Sequence record: DRR723986_9175
Length of the DNA stretch: 61,257 nt
Reading direction: 5' to 3' (one strand)
Below are positions 29,288 to 40,087 of this stretch, piece by piece; the first letter of the stretch is position 1; every line of letters starts with the position of its first letter. Both the position numbers and the translations under genes were made by a program. The notes beneath the pieces were generated by a model. The model was not told where the DNA came from. It made no database searches and saw only the letters and a list, made by a program, of their open reading frames with translations.

Positions 29288-30253
29288 CTATTTGGCGCTA
29301 CCTTCGATATTCTTCAGGTAGCGGAACAGATCGCTGTCGGTCGACAGAATCAACGTACTGTCTTGACCGAGCATTTCCTGATAGGTTTCCATCGTCTTCA
29401 TGAAGCTGTAGAAGGCCACTGATTCGGGACTCTGGTTGTATGCCTCGGCATAAATTCGAGTTGCTTCGGCGTCAGCAGTACCGCGGATCTTCTGAATTTC
29501 CTTGTACGCTTCGGATTCGATCTGCTGCATTTCACGTTCCTTCTTACCGATGATCTTTGCAGCCTCACCGGCCCCTTCACTGCGGAAACGCTCGGCGATT
29601 TGCTGGCGTTCACTGATCATTCGATCATAGATTCGCTCACGAACACTTTCGTTGTAGTTGACACGCTTGAAGCGAATGTCGAGCAGCGAAATGCCAAAGT
29701 CCTCGAGTTTCGGCGCAGCCTTGGCCAAAATATCAGCCTCAATCTTGGCTCGCCCCTCGCGGATAGGATAGAGCACACCGATGCTTCCAGGTGCGTCTGC
29801 GAGTTCCATCTCCTCACTCGGCTTCCGGTCTGGATCGCTACGAATCACCTCGATCAAATCACGTTTGGCGATCGCGTTTCTGGTCTCACTTCCCAGGATA
29901 TCATCGAGTCGCGACTGAGCGCTGCGTTCATCTCGCAATCGCAAAAAGTACTTCTTCGCGTCAGAGATCCGCCATCGTCCGAACGTGTCGACCTTAATGT
30001 AGGTCTTGTCTCGAGTTGGCATTTCATTGGGAAAACCATCCCACTCAAGGACCCGTTTGTCGATACGGGTCACCTCTTGGATAAACGGCACCTTGAAGTG
30101 CAGACCCGATTCTGTGATCGGTTCACCGACTGGTTTACCAAACTGTGTAATAATGACCTGCTCTGTCTCAGCCACCGTGTAGGCTGCGCTGAATCCAACA
30201 AACAGGGCTAGAAGCGAACCGATCAGAACAACTGGAATTGCAATTTTACTCAT
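29288..30253 (-). CDS. hflC: FtsH protease modulator HflC
   Basis: N-terminal TM; motifs QFGKPV, GLHFKVPFIQ, VDTFGRWRI and RMISERQQIAERFRSEG. Confidence 0.93.
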   Translation of the reverse strand: MSKIAIPVVLIGSLLALFVGFSAAYTVAETEQVIITQFGKPVGEPITESGLHFKVPFIQEVTRIDKRVLEWDGFPNEMPTRDKTYIKVDTFGRWRISDAKKYFLRLRDERSAQSRLDDILGSETRNAIAKRDLIEVIRSDPDRKPSEEMELADAPGSIGVLYPIREGRAKIEADILAKAAPKLEDFGISLLDIRFKRVNYNESVRERIYDRMISERQQIAERFRSEGAGEAAKIIGKKEREMQQIESEAYKEIQKIRGTADAEATRIYAEAYNQSPESVAFYSFMKTMETYQEMLGQDSTLILSTDSDLFRYLKNIEGSAK

Positions 30254-30265
30254 CGCTGTATTCTC

Positions 30266-31234
30266 CTACTGGCCAAGATTAAGAAGAGGAAGCAACTGCG
30301 AAGAATTGCCGTCCATGATGACCTTCTTGCCCAGTTTCGGCATGACGTCCTTCATGGTTTCGATATAGATTCGCTGCTTGGTCACCTCAGGTGCTTTCAA
30401 GTACTCAGCGAGAACGGAGTTGAAGCGGTCAGCATCACCCTGGGCCTCGTTCACTCGCTTGGACGCGTAACCCTGAGCGGCTTCGATCTTCTGCCCAGCC
30501 TCACCACGAGCCCGAGGAACGACCTTGTTGTATTCTCCATTGGCGATATTGATCAACTTTTCGCGTTCCTGCTGCGCCTGATTCACTTCGTTGAACGAAG
30601 GCTGAACCTTCAGCGGCGGGTTGACGTTCTTTAGTTGGACTTGGTCAATACTCAGCCCCAGTTCGTAACGATCGACCTGCTCCTGAAGCTTCAGCAGTGA
30701 TTCGCTCTCGATCTCCTGACGACCAACGGTGATCACTTCGTCGACTGTTCGGTCGCCAACAACGCTCCGCATCACGGACTCAGAAATGTCCCGTAGCGTA
30801 TCGTCAGGTCCGCGAACCTTAAACTTGTAAGCTTTCGGATCCTCGATTCGATACTGGATGATCCACTCGACTGTAGCCGAGTTCAGATCGCCAGTGATCA
30901 TGCTACGCTCTTCTTGCTGCTCACTTGAGAACTGCCACGGATTGGTTGCGCCGCTGGTACCAAAGCCGAATTCTTGCTTCAATTGACGCTTGACTGCAAC
31001 CACTTCAACTTTGTCGATTCCAAACGGTAACTTGAAGTTGATCCCTGGGTCCACTGTCTTGATATATTTGCCGAATCGCATCACTACACCCTGCGATTCC
31101 GCCTGGATGGTGTAGATGGACGTATACAGCAGAATCAGTCCCAGGACGACAGGTACGGCCAACAGGATGATTCGTGGGTTGAACTGTGGCCCTTGCCACT
31201 GAAAGTTCTTATCAAATGGATTGTTCGAACTCAT
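30266..31234 (-). CDS. hflK: FtsH protease modulator HflK
   Basis: Motifs GVVMRFGK, MITGDLN, FNEVNQAQQE, VPRARGEA and APEVTKQRIY; ATG at 31234 chosen. Confidence 0.93.
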   Translation of the reverse strand: MSSNNPFDKNFQWQGPQFNPRIILLAVPVVLGLILLYTSIYTIQAESQGVVMRFGKYIKTVDPGINFKLPFGIDKVEVVAVKRQLKQEFGFGTSGATNPWQFSSEQQEERSMITGDLNSATVEWIIQYRIEDPKAYKFKVRGPDDTLRDISESVMRSVVGDRTVDEVITVGRQEIESESLLKLQEQVDRYELGLSIDQVQLKNVNPPLKVQPSFNEVNQAQQEREKLINIANGEYNKVVPRARGEAGQKIEAAQGYASKRVNEAQGDADRFNSVLAEYLKAPEVTKQRIYIETMKDVMPKLGKKVIMDGNSSQLLPLLNLGQ

Positions 31235-31662
31235 CAAACGTACTCTCTTCGCGACAAAGTCATTGAAGGGGTTGTCGGAACCAGATTCTTGCCCGCTTGG
31301 CCCTAACAGATACGGCGGATATCTACGGCATCTTGGGCGCGAACATTCTTCTCGATCGAACTGTCCCTGAATCTTGCCCCTCTGGCAGGGAGGCCGATAA
31401 ATTCTTGGGCATTGAGCTGGCCCGCCGCCGAACTCAAAGTTCCCCGAAGGGTACAACCCGCAAACTATCGGCGCCGCAACAACGACAGCGGGCCTGGCAT
31501 AATGACCGCAAAGACGACTGGATAATCATCAAAATCCAGCCAGGCGCAAAAATCGCGACTCTACCAAGTGCCCGGGCGTACCCTGGCAGTGGAAAGCAAA
31601 CTTGCGATCAAGCCAACTTCCCGGCCCCAAACCAAGCCCCAACCATCAAGGATGGACGAGCA

Positions 31663-31953
31663 GTGAGCAAGTCAGCAGAGAATCGATGCGAGCTTTGCCA
31701 GCGGCTTATGAAGCAAGGAACGACGCGTCACCATCTACTTCCGGTAACCTGCCACAAAAACAAGTGGTTCCAAAAGAACTTCACTCGTGAACAGATGCAG
31801 ACGACCGTCGATCTATGCCGGGACTGCCACAACGCAGTGCATCGTTTCGTTCCCCGCGAAAAAGAGCTTGGCAGGCACTATCACTCACTCGAACTCTTAC
31901 GCAATCACCCTCAGATCGCGAAGTTTGTAAAGTGGATTGCCAAGAGGCGTTAA
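31663..31953 (+). CDS. Small HNH-like zinc-binding protein (YisB-like)
   Basis: CELC...TRHHLLP...LCRDCHNAVH...FVKWI pattern; GTG start at 31663 preferred over the long ORF-track start. Confidence 0.7.
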   Translation: MSKSAENRCELCQRLMKQGTTRHHLLPVTCHKNKWFQKNFTREQMQTTVDLCRDCHNAVHRFVPREKELGRHYHSLELLRNHPQIAKFVKWIAKRR

Positions 31954-32074
31954 CGCGACAAGGGAAACAGCATAGTGGTCCTGCGCTCTTACAAGATGCG
32001 TTAGAATAAGCCGAGGTCACTTTCGTTCTCTTTGTTTCCCTTGTGGCCGACTGCCTCCACGACAGAGCAACTTA

Positions 32075-32725
32075 GTGAACTACTTAGCGCACGCCTATCA
32101 GTACTTGGATCGCCCCTATTTTGCCGCTGGTACTGCGCTGCCAGACTGGATGAGTGTGCTGGATCGAAAGAACCGAGCACGTCGTCAGTATGCACAACCT
32201 GTTGCAGACCACGAAGATCCGCTATTCGCCGAATTTGCAAAGGGCTGCCTCCAGCACCACAGCGATGACTTCTGGTTTCATCAGTGCCCTCGTTTCGTTT
32301 CGATGAGTACCGAGTTTGCGGTCGAGCTGCGAGAACTACTTGAAAAAGGGCTAGGGCACCAAGCTGGATTTGCTGGACACATCACGGTCGAACTGCTGCT
32401 GGACTCGGTGCTGTGTGAACGAGATCCGCTGCTGCTCGATCGCTACTATGACAACCTGCAATCACTCGACTTTGATCGTGTTCAAGCAGCGGCGAATGCG
32501 ATCTGTAGAAAACCCGTTGAAAAGCTCACAACCCTGCTACCCAGGTTCATTGAAGTGCGTTTCCTTGCGGACTACCACGACGACACTCTCTTGCTCAGTC
32601 GGCTCAACGGAGTGATGAGTCGCATTAAACTTCCAAGGATGCCCGACAGCGTTGCCCAATGGCTGGCCTCCGCTCGGGTGCGGGTTCGCGACCACGCAGA
32701 CGAACTCTTAACGCCCCCACAGTAG
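32075..32725 (+). CDS. ACP phosphodiesterase-like (AcpH/DUF479) metallo-protein
   Basis: MNYLAH...G..LPD, HH..D.WFH and HI.VELLLD motifs. Confidence 0.65.
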   Translation: MNYLAHAYQYLDRPYFAAGTALPDWMSVLDRKNRARRQYAQPVADHEDPLFAEFAKGCLQHHSDDFWFHQCPRFVSMSTEFAVELRELLEKGLGHQAGFAGHITVELLLDSVLCERDPLLLDRYYDNLQSLDFDRVQAAANAICRKPVEKLTTLLPRFIEVRFLADYHDDTLLLSRLNGVMSRIKLPRMPDSVAQWLASARVRVRDHADELLTPPQ

Positions 32726-32929
32726 TTGGTCGACGAAGCGATTCTGCAGCTTCTACGCTACGCGAGTCACCCGGGCTGTGTTTTTTTCCAGCTCTCGTGT
32801 GAAATGACACGGGAAACGCTAAAATGCTGCCGCGCTGACGTACTAGTGGGTGGATCAAGTTGAACGATATTGCGTCGACACTGCCCCGCTATTGAATTCG
32901 ATTTCGACAGACAGAGAACTGGAAGAACC

Positions 32930-33778
32930 ATGAAATACGGTATGAATCTCCTGCTTTGGGGCGGTGAAATCAATGACGATATGCTGCCAACTTTGGAGGG
33001 CCTCAAGGCGGCTGGGTACGACGGTGTCGAGATTCCTCTGTTTAATCTGGATCTCGATTATGCTGCCTGGGGCAAACGGCTCGACGACCTGGGACTTGAA
33101 CGAACCGCGGTAACCGTTCGAAATCTAGAAGACAACCCGATCAGCGACGACCCGGCTGTTCGCGCGAAAGGCGTCGAGCTTACCAAGAAGACGCTCGACT
33201 GCTGTGCCGCCGCTGGAGTGCAAACACTCTGTGGCCCTTACCATTCTGCGCTTGGACACTTCTCCGGTGCGGGCCCTACCAAAGACGAGTGGGCTTGGGG
33301 CGTGGAAAGCATGAGGGCCGTTGCAGAACACGCCGGAAGCGTGGGCGTGAAGCTGGGTGTTGAAGCACTGAATCGATTCGAGTGCTATTTCCTCAACGCG
33401 CATGCGGATGCTGCTCGATTTGCTCGCGACGTTGATCATCCAGCCTGCGGAATGATGTACGACACGTTCCACAGCAACATCGAAGAAAAGGATATCGAAG
33501 GCACTCTGTCAGAGATCAAGGACAAGCTCGTTCATATCCACATTAGTGAGAATGACCGCAGCACTCCCGGTGCTGGAAACGTCAATTGGGAGAAGAACTG
33601 GCGAGGAATCGGCAACATCGATTACGACGGCTGGCTAGTCATTGAGGCGTTCGGACTGGCACTACCCGAGCTGGCCGCTGCTACACGGATCTGGCGACGC
33701 ATGTTCGACGATGAAATGCAGCTTGCAACTGAGGGGCTGGCGTTCATGAAGGCGAACGTTGCAAAGCACTGCAGCTAG
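32930..33778 (+). CDS. Sugar phosphate isomerase/epimerase (D-tagatose/D-psicose 3-epimerase family)
   Basis: Motifs GYDGVEIP, EALNRFE, YDTFHSNIEE, HIHISENDR and EAF metal ligands. Confidence 0.88.
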   Translation: MKYGMNLLLWGGEINDDMLPTLEGLKAAGYDGVEIPLFNLDLDYAAWGKRLDDLGLERTAVTVRNLEDNPISDDPAVRAKGVELTKKTLDCCAAAGVQTLCGPYHSALGHFSGAGPTKDEWAWGVESMRAVAEHAGSVGVKLGVEALNRFECYFLNAHADAARFARDVDHPACGMMYDTFHSNIEEKDIEGTLSEIKDKLVHIHISENDRSTPGAGNVNWEKNWRGIGNIDYDGWLVIEAFGLALPELAAATRIWRRMFDDEMQLATEGLAFMKANVAKHCS

Positions 33779-33806
33779 ACTGCTGCGTCATCAGCGACTT
33801 GATGGC

Positions 33807-35078
33807 TTATAGCTTTGGCAATTCCGGGCGATCGAGCCCGTTGAGATAGCCACCTAAGAAGAGCTGAAGCTGGCTGGATGCCTTCCCCAGGGCTTCCCGG
33901 CTAGCCGCGCCATATCGCAGGGCTTGATCGAGTCGCGACGACACGTCGAGCCCCATGCTTTGGGTCATGTCGACGATTTTCTTAACTTGCGGTTGTTGCG
34001 CCAGTTCGTCGATCTCTTGCTGACTCTGCTGTGAGGCGTCAGCTTGGGCTGCAAACTTTGCTAACTGGAACCACTGGCCGTCGTCGTCTCGAGCGAAGAA
34101 ATAAACCTCAACTGTCGCTATCTGTTGATTGCTTCCAGGCTCGATGATCTTGAAGACAACACCTCGATACCCTTCGGCAGCAACATCGCTGCACGCCTTC
34201 TGCCACCACTTCTCAGGCCTACTGGGAGCGGCAAATTCTGGCAGCCCAAGTTCACGGCCGAGCTGAGCGATCTGGTTCGCAGGAGAGGTCAACTGCGACA
34301 GCAACACACCCATCGTGGGCTCTGTGTCTGGCCGGAAGTGCGATGCCTTTGTCCCCTGGTACTCAATTGCCTTGACATAGTTGTGTTCGTAGATGGCCTG
34401 ACGAGCGTTCCATTGCCGCCCGGTATCGTTGGTCATTTTGGGTAGCATGCTTCGAAGGTCGACCGACTCTTTGTCAATGTCGACGCCCATAGCCTCAAGC
34501 TCCCGACGGAGCGCGTACGCAGGACGCGACTCGACGTCCTGCAGGTCAAACTGATAGGCCAAGCCACCCAGTTTGCGGTTCTCGACTTTCGCGATTTCAA
34601 TTCGCGTGTAATCGTCATGAGCCAGAGTGAGCGTGAAAAAACGAAGAGCATCTAAGTCCAGCTTGGTCGAAGCTAGCCGGTCCGCCTCATCGGCCAGAAC
34701 CCGCCCGATGACTCCGTCTTTTGCATCGGTGACAATTTTCTGTTCACGCCACTGCCGAATCCTTTCCAGAAGCACTTCTTTGTTTCTGGCATAGCTGGAC
34801 TTGAGCGACTCGAGTTCTTGTTCGTAGAGTTTCGGGTATCGCGTCTTGAGCCATTGGACTGGAGTGGCAAACTTTATCTCACCACCGTTTGAATTGGCGA
34901 TAACGTAGCCAAGTAAGTTCTTCCCGTCACTCAAACGAATCGAATCGGTGCCGCGTTGCGACTTTGTTACAGGCTTGTTCGTCCGGACCTTGTCCTGCGC
35001 ATGGGATGCTTGCCCAGCGAAGCAAACAGGCAGAAGTCCAAACATCAGAGGCAGTAACTTGAGAATTCTTCGGTTCAT
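33807..35078 (-). CDS. Secreted hypothetical protein
   Basis: Sec signal (MNRRILK...ASHA-Q); DSIRLSDGKNLLG beta motif common in planctomycete exported proteins. Confidence 0.7.
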   Translation of the reverse strand: MNRRILKLLPLMFGLLPVCFAGQASHAQDKVRTNKPVTKSQRGTDSIRLSDGKNLLGYVIANSNGGEIKFATPVQWLKTRYPKLYEQELESLKSSYARNKEVLLERIRQWREQKIVTDAKDGVIGRVLADEADRLASTKLDLDALRFFTLTLAHDDYTRIEIAKVENRKLGGLAYQFDLQDVESRPAYALRRELEAMGVDIDKESVDLRSMLPKMTNDTGRQWNARQAIYEHNYVKAIEYQGTKASHFRPDTEPTMGVLLSQLTSPANQIAQLGRELGLPEFAAPSRPEKWWQKACSDVAAEGYRGVVFKIIEPGSNQQIATVEVYFFARDDDGQWFQLAKFAAQADASQQSQQEIDELAQQPQVKKIVDMTQSMGLDVSSRLDQALRYGAASREALGKASSQLQLFLGGYLNGLDRPELPKL

Positions 35079-35112
35079 CACATTACTCTCTGTTATTGAA
35101 CACTGACTCACT

Positions 35113-36192
35113 CTACTTGCTAAGCAGATCGTTTGCACGCGCTCGCGCTACGGGCAGGTCTCGCGCCATGATATCCGAAAGCTTGACAGGGGCGCCCTGC
35201 TTGCGCTTCGATTCAGCGGCCGCTTCCATGAATGCAAGAATCTCAATGGTCTCTTCGCCTGCGACGGGCACTTTGCCGTCAACAAAGAAATCCGCAATTC
35301 GTTCTACTAATGGAGCAGAGCCGGCGTACTTGCCGCCAACGGTAATGTCCTTTTCGCCGAACACAACCAATCCATAGTCTTTCTTACCTGCTCCGATTGC
35401 TCGAACAGTTCCCAACCGACCGTCGTCCCAGTTTCCAGTCGCGACAACCGTAGAAGTTCCGGTGCAAGTAACAGATTCACAGCCAGTTCCCATCGCGGTA
35501 AAAAGTGTCTCTGTAGCATGAATGCCGTACCAAAATAGATCCGTATGATGCGGTTCGGTTGAGTACGGTCCCCAGCTACTTGCTCCCAACACCGTGGTCG
35601 CCAACTTAGGATCCTCGCGAAACTGGATTATCGACGGGCTGAATCGGAGAGACGAGCTGCTAAACCACTTCCCGTCCAAGCGATCTGCAAGCTCAGCGAT
35701 AGTGAGCCCGTCAACCAGATTGCCTCCCAGTGGTTTATCGATAAAGACCGGAAGACCAGCTTTGAAGACTGGGATGCATTGTTGGACATGAATGCGCCCG
35801 TCAACACTCTCTAGGAGGACTGCGTCACACTTTGTCACCAATTCGTCGATGGACTCAACGATTTCGATTCCCATTTTTTCGATGTCGCGAGTAAACCGCT
35901 CAACTCGTGTAAAACTGGCTTCGACATCATCGCTCCCCCCAGGATAGGCAACCGTCACCTGGATCTTCGCGAGATTACCCTTCGCAGCCGGGTCGTTGAT
36001 GATCTTCGCAAAACCAGGCGAATGGGACGTATCGAGTCCAATCATCCCGATTCGCATCACCGCTGAAGGCTGCGCGGCAGATTCGGCTGAGGATTGCGCG
36101 GCCGACTCGGAAACGTCGCCAATGATCAATCCGACAACGATTAAGCAGGTTGCGAACACCGCTGGGAAGGGGCGTGGTCTTGCAGCAGTCAT
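35113..36192 (-). CDS. Gfo/Idh/MocA-family oxidoreductase with signal peptide
   Basis: Motifs RIGMIGLDTSH, ESVDGRIH, VFIDKP, SSSSLRF and WYGIH; hydrophobic N-terminus. Confidence 0.85.
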   Translation of the reverse strand: MTAARPRPFPAVFATCLIVVGLIIGDVSESAAQSSAESAAQPSAVMRIGMIGLDTSHSPGFAKIINDPAAKGNLAKIQVTVAYPGGSDDVEASFTRVERFTRDIEKMGIEIVESIDELVTKCDAVLLESVDGRIHVQQCIPVFKAGLPVFIDKPLGGNLVDGLTIAELADRLDGKWFSSSSLRFSPSIIQFREDPKLATTVLGASSWGPYSTEPHHTDLFWYGIHATETLFTAMGTGCESVTCTGTSTVVATGNWDDGRLGTVRAIGAGKKDYGLVVFGEKDITVGGKYAGSAPLVERIADFFVDGKVPVAGEETIEILAFMEAAAESKRKQGAPVKLSDIMARDLPVARARANDLLSK

Positions 36193-36394
36193 GTCTCTCT
36201 CTTTGGCATTGCGGGGGGCGGCGATGGGCGATTCAATTGACAATGGTCTAGCGGCGTCCGCTTGGCGCTTGGCCTGCTTGCACGCTGATCACCGCCCAGC
36301 TTGTTCAGTGATCACAATATATCGACACACCAGTCTGTTTGCTGATGTATTTTCGAATTCGAGACTTTCTTAGGTGAGAGTGGATAACCGGCTT

Positions 36395-39300
36395 ATGACA
36401 ACTTTGAACCTTGAAGAGTTGGTGCGTGAACTGGATAGCTGCGACGCGAGCAACATAGACTCGGTGGCCAGTGCGGCAGTTCGATTGGCTCGCACAATTC
36501 AAACTCGAGCCAAGCAGTTGCAGACTCCCGCCGAGCGCCGACAGCAAGCCGAGTTGGACCGCATGGTTCAGAATCCCACCGACAAGGCCACTTTGACGCA
36601 GTTGACTGACCAAGCGTTTCGCAGCGATCGAGCTGCCAGAGCTGCAGACCAACTGGTGCACATCCTTGATGTGCAGGGAATCCCGCGATTTTTCAGCCCA
36701 GTGGACAGAACGATGCTCCGCGGGTTTCAGTCCTTTGGCGGCTACCTTCCAGGGGTGGCTGTCCCGCTTGTGAAAGAGAAAATGCGGCAAGAGACCGCAA
36801 ATGTCATCCTGCCCGCCGAGCAAGAAATGCTGTCGAAGCACTTAACAGCAAGAAGCGACGAAGGTGTGCGGATGAACGTCAACCTGCTTGGCGAAGCCAT
36901 CTTGGGCGAAGAGGAAGCGCAACGCCGGCTGGAGAAGTATCTTGACGCACTTCAAATGCCAGAAGTGGAGTGCGTATCCATCAAGATCTCAACACTCTAT
37001 TCGCAAATTTCCACGCTATCCGCAGAAAAGACAATACGCACTGTTTGCAATCGCTTGGAGTTGCTGTATCGCGCGGCGCAACGGAATGTCTTCCGAAACA
37101 AAGACGGCACCGAAGTCCATAAATTCGTGTACCTGGACATGGAAGAGTACCGGGACATGTGGCTAACGGCTGAGGTTTTTAAGCGCACGCTGGAGCGTCC
37201 AGGCATGGAAGATGTCAGGGCTGGCATTGCGCTGCAAGCCTATGTTCCAGACAGTTTCCCAATCCAGAAGGATCTTACCCAGTGGGCGCAGAACCGTGTC
37301 CAAGCCGGCGGATCGCCAATCACTATTCGCATTGTCAAAGGTGCGAACATGGAGATGGAACGCGTCGAGGCATCGCACCGTGATTGGCCTGCAGCACCGT
37401 ACCAAAACAAAATCGATACGGATGCCAACTACAAGCGCATGGTCCGCTTCGGCATGCAGCCGGACCACATTAACTGTGTCCGCCTTGGCATCGCCAGCCA
37501 CAACCTTTTTGAAGTCGCCTTCTCGCTTGTCCTTGCCTGCAAGACCCAGTGTTTGGAGCACATTCAGTTTGAGATGCTCGAAGGAATGGCCAACCACCAG
37601 CGACGGGCGCTGCATGAGATTGTCGACAACCTACTGCTCTATGCGCCGGCCTGTGAACAAGAAGACTTTATCCACGCCATCGGGTACTTGGTGCGGAGGA
37701 TGGACGAAAACACAGGGCCAGACAACTTTCTTCGCCACGCATTCAAGATCGAAGTCGATAGTCCAGATTGGCAGAAGATGGAAAACATCTTCCTGGAATC
37801 GATTCAGCGTATCGATAGCGTACGTGAAGTCCCGCGTCGCACACAAGACCGTCGAGAACAAACCGATCAACCGCCAGTCAGTCGCAACTGGCGCGAGTTT
37901 ATTGGTGAAGCGGACACAGATTTTTCATTACAACAAAATGCGTCTTGGGGCGAATCAATCGTAAGTGATTGGTCCCCCAGGGCAGATTCTGCTGCCAGCG
38001 AAGTTGGATTGACCATTGCTGGAGAACAGGTGCCTGGAGAAGGCGACGCGGTTGAATCCCTGGATCCATCCCGTCCAGGCGTAGTGGTAGCCCGTTTTCG
38101 CAACGCTAGTCCAGAACAGATTCAACGATCGGTTGAATGCGTCCTGAACGACCCCGCAGACTGGCGTCAAATGGCCCCGGAAGCTCGCTATCAGGAGCTT
38201 CGTGGTGTTGCACAGGAACTCCGCAAGTCGCGAGCCGACCTGATGGGCGCAGCGATGGCGGATGCTGGCAAGACTCTCCAGGAAAGCGATCCCGAGGTGT
38301 CGGAGGCGATTGATTTCGCTGAATTCTATGCGCTTACCGCGCTGGAGTTGCAGGAAGACAAACGCTTGGGCGCACGACCTCGCGGCGCGGTCGTTGTCAT
38401 CAGTCCTTGGAATTTTCCCATTGCGATTCCTTGCGGCGGAATTGCGGCCGCCCTAGCCGCGGGGAACACGGTTATCCTGAAACCTGCTTCAGACACGGTC
38501 TTACCAGCCAGCATTTTGTGCGAATGTTTCTGGAGAGCTGGTGTACCTCGCGAGGCCCTGCAGTTGGTCATTTGCTCAGGGCGGCAAGCGGGTGAACACC
38601 TGCTAGCCAACCCCGAAATTAGGACTGTGATTCTGACTGGCGGCACCGAAACGGCACGACGCATCCTGGCCGGACGACCGGACCTCAACTTGCTCGCCGA
38701 AACGGGCGGCAAGAACGCGACCGTTGTCTCCTCCTTGAGCGACCGTGACTTATCCATCAAGAACATCTTGCACTCGGCATTCTCGCACGCGGGCCAAAAG
38801 TGCAGCGCGACAAGCCTTCTATTGCTCGAGGAAGAGGTCTACAACGATCGCGATTATCGTGATGCGATGGTCGACGCCGTCGAGAGCCTTACTGTTGGCT
38901 CCGCCTGGGATCTGAAGACAAAGATGGGTCCGCTCATCCGGCCACCAACGGACGACCTAGCTCGCGGACTCAAGGAACTTGAACCTGGCGAGAAGTGGGC
39001 GGTGATGCCTCGGGACCTCGAAGACAATCCTTGCCTGTACTCCCCCGGTGTAAAGTGGGGCGTGCGACGAGGAAGCTTCACGCACTTAACAGAGCTGTTT
39101 GGCCCAGTGCTTGGCGTCCTACCGTACAAAGATTTGAGCGAAGCCATCGACATTGTTCATGAAACAGGCTTCGGCTTGACCAGCGGACTTGAGAGCTTGG
39201 ACGATCGCGAGCAGACCGAGTGGAGCGAACGCATCCAGGCCGGCAACTTGTACATCAACCGCCCAACCACCGGTGCGATCGTGCTGCGGCAACCCTTTGG

Positions 39301-40087
39301 AGGAATGGGCAAGAGCGCGTTTGGCCCAGGCATTAAGGCGGGCGGGCCCAATTACGTTGTGCCTCTGATGCGGTTCGATCAAAGCGCTTCAACGGAACAA
39401 ATGGCCAGCGACGTGCTCGATGACAGAGCCCCTGAATTGCCAGGTTTATCGGCTCTTTGGCAATCCCTGCACCGACGCGGCAACGAAGCCAGCGCAGAGC
39501 TCCGCGATAAGTTAACCGAAAAACAGTGGCAGCAACTCCTCTCAGCGATTCTTGACTACGACCAATTCGCCACCTCGGAGATTCGAACCAAGCACGATTC
39601 GATGCAGCTCGTTGGACAAGACAACTTCCGTCGCTACCAACCAATGACACACATCCGCATTCGCGTCGCGGAGACCGACAACTGGCTAGAAATCCTGGCC
39701 AGAGCTGCCGCGGTAATGGCAGTTGGCGGGAGAGCAACCATCAGTCACTCGCCAGACGTTCACGAGACGGGAATCGGACTGCTGGAGCAGTTGACAGCCG
39801 AATGGGCAGCCGACATGGAATTTATCGAAGAAAGCGAAGAGGAACTCGCCGAAGCAATTGCCGCCGGTCAAGTTGATCGACTGCGCTACGCGAGCGGCGT
39901 CACGGTCCCAGCCGGAATTCGCAAGGCGGCCGATGACCAGTTTGTTTACATCGCTACTGATCCGGTCAGCTACCACGGGCGTATTGAGTTGCTATGGTAT
40001 GTACGCGAACAGAGCTTGTGCGTCGATTACCATCGCTACGGCAACCTTGGTTTCCGCGCCGATGAACAGCGCCGCCCAGTACACTAG
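36395..40087 (+). CDS. putA: Bifunctional proline dehydrogenase / P5C dehydrogenase
   Basis: PRODH motifs NLLGE, LDMEE, LQAY, RIVKGAN, ASHN, EMLEGM and YLVRRMDEN; ALDH motifs SPWNFP, AETGGKN, GQKCSA, ELFGP and QPFGG. Confidence 0.95.
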   Translation: MTTLNLEELVRELDSCDASNIDSVASAAVRLARTIQTRAKQLQTPAERRQQAELDRMVQNPTDKATLTQLTDQAFRSDRAARAADQLVHILDVQGIPRFFSPVDRTMLRGFQSFGGYLPGVAVPLVKEKMRQETANVILPAEQEMLSKHLTARSDEGVRMNVNLLGEAILGEEEAQRRLEKYLDALQMPEVECVSIKISTLYSQISTLSAEKTIRTVCNRLELLYRAAQRNVFRNKDGTEVHKFVYLDMEEYRDMWLTAEVFKRTLERPGMEDVRAGIALQAYVPDSFPIQKDLTQWAQNRVQAGGSPITIRIVKGANMEMERVEASHRDWPAAPYQNKIDTDANYKRMVRFGMQPDHINCVRLGIASHNLFEVAFSLVLACKTQCLEHIQFEMLEGMANHQRRALHEIVDNLLLYAPACEQEDFIHAIGYLVRRMDENTGPDNFLRHAFKIEVDSPDWQKMENIFLESIQRIDSVREVPRRTQDRREQTDQPPVSRNWREFIGEADTDFSLQQNASWGESIVSDWSPRADSAASEVGLTIAGEQVPGEGDAVESLDPSRPGVVVARFRNASPEQIQRSVECVLNDPADWRQMAPEARYQELRGVAQELRKSRADLMGAAMADAGKTLQESDPEVSEAIDFAEFYALTALELQEDKRLGARPRGAVVVISPWNFPIAIPCGGIAAALAAGNTVILKPASDTVLPASILCECFWRAGVPREALQLVICSGRQAGEHLLANPEIRTVILTGGTETARRILAGRPDLNLLAETGGKNATVVSSLSDRDLSIKNILHSAFSHAGQKCSATSLLLLEEEVYNDRDYRDAMVDAVESLTVGSAWDLKTKMGPLIRPPTDDLARGLKELEPGEKWAVMPRDLEDNPCLYSPGVKWGVRRGSFTHLTELFGPVLGVLPYKDLSEAIDIVHETGFGLTSGLESLDDREQTEWSERIQAGNLYINRPTTGAIVLRQPFGGMGKSAFGPGIKAGGPNYVVPLMRFDQSASTEQMASDVLDDRAPELPGLSALWQSLHRRGNEASAELRDKLTEKQWQQLLSAILDYDQFATSEIRTKHDSMQLVGQDNFRRYQPMTHIRIRVAETDNWLEILARAAAVMAVGGRATISHSPDVHETGIGLLEQLTAEWAADMEFIEESEEELAEAIAAGQVDRLRYASGVTVPAGIRKAADDQFVYIATDPVSYHGRIELLWYVREQSLCVDYHRYGNLGFRADEQRRPVH

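Noticed and set aside
31297-31662. Long N-terminal extension of the HNH-like ORF (likewise the extensions of hflK, nadE and the K+ channel)
   Set aside because: Low-complexity, overlapping neighbouring ORFs or promoters; downstream starts fit the family N-termini better.
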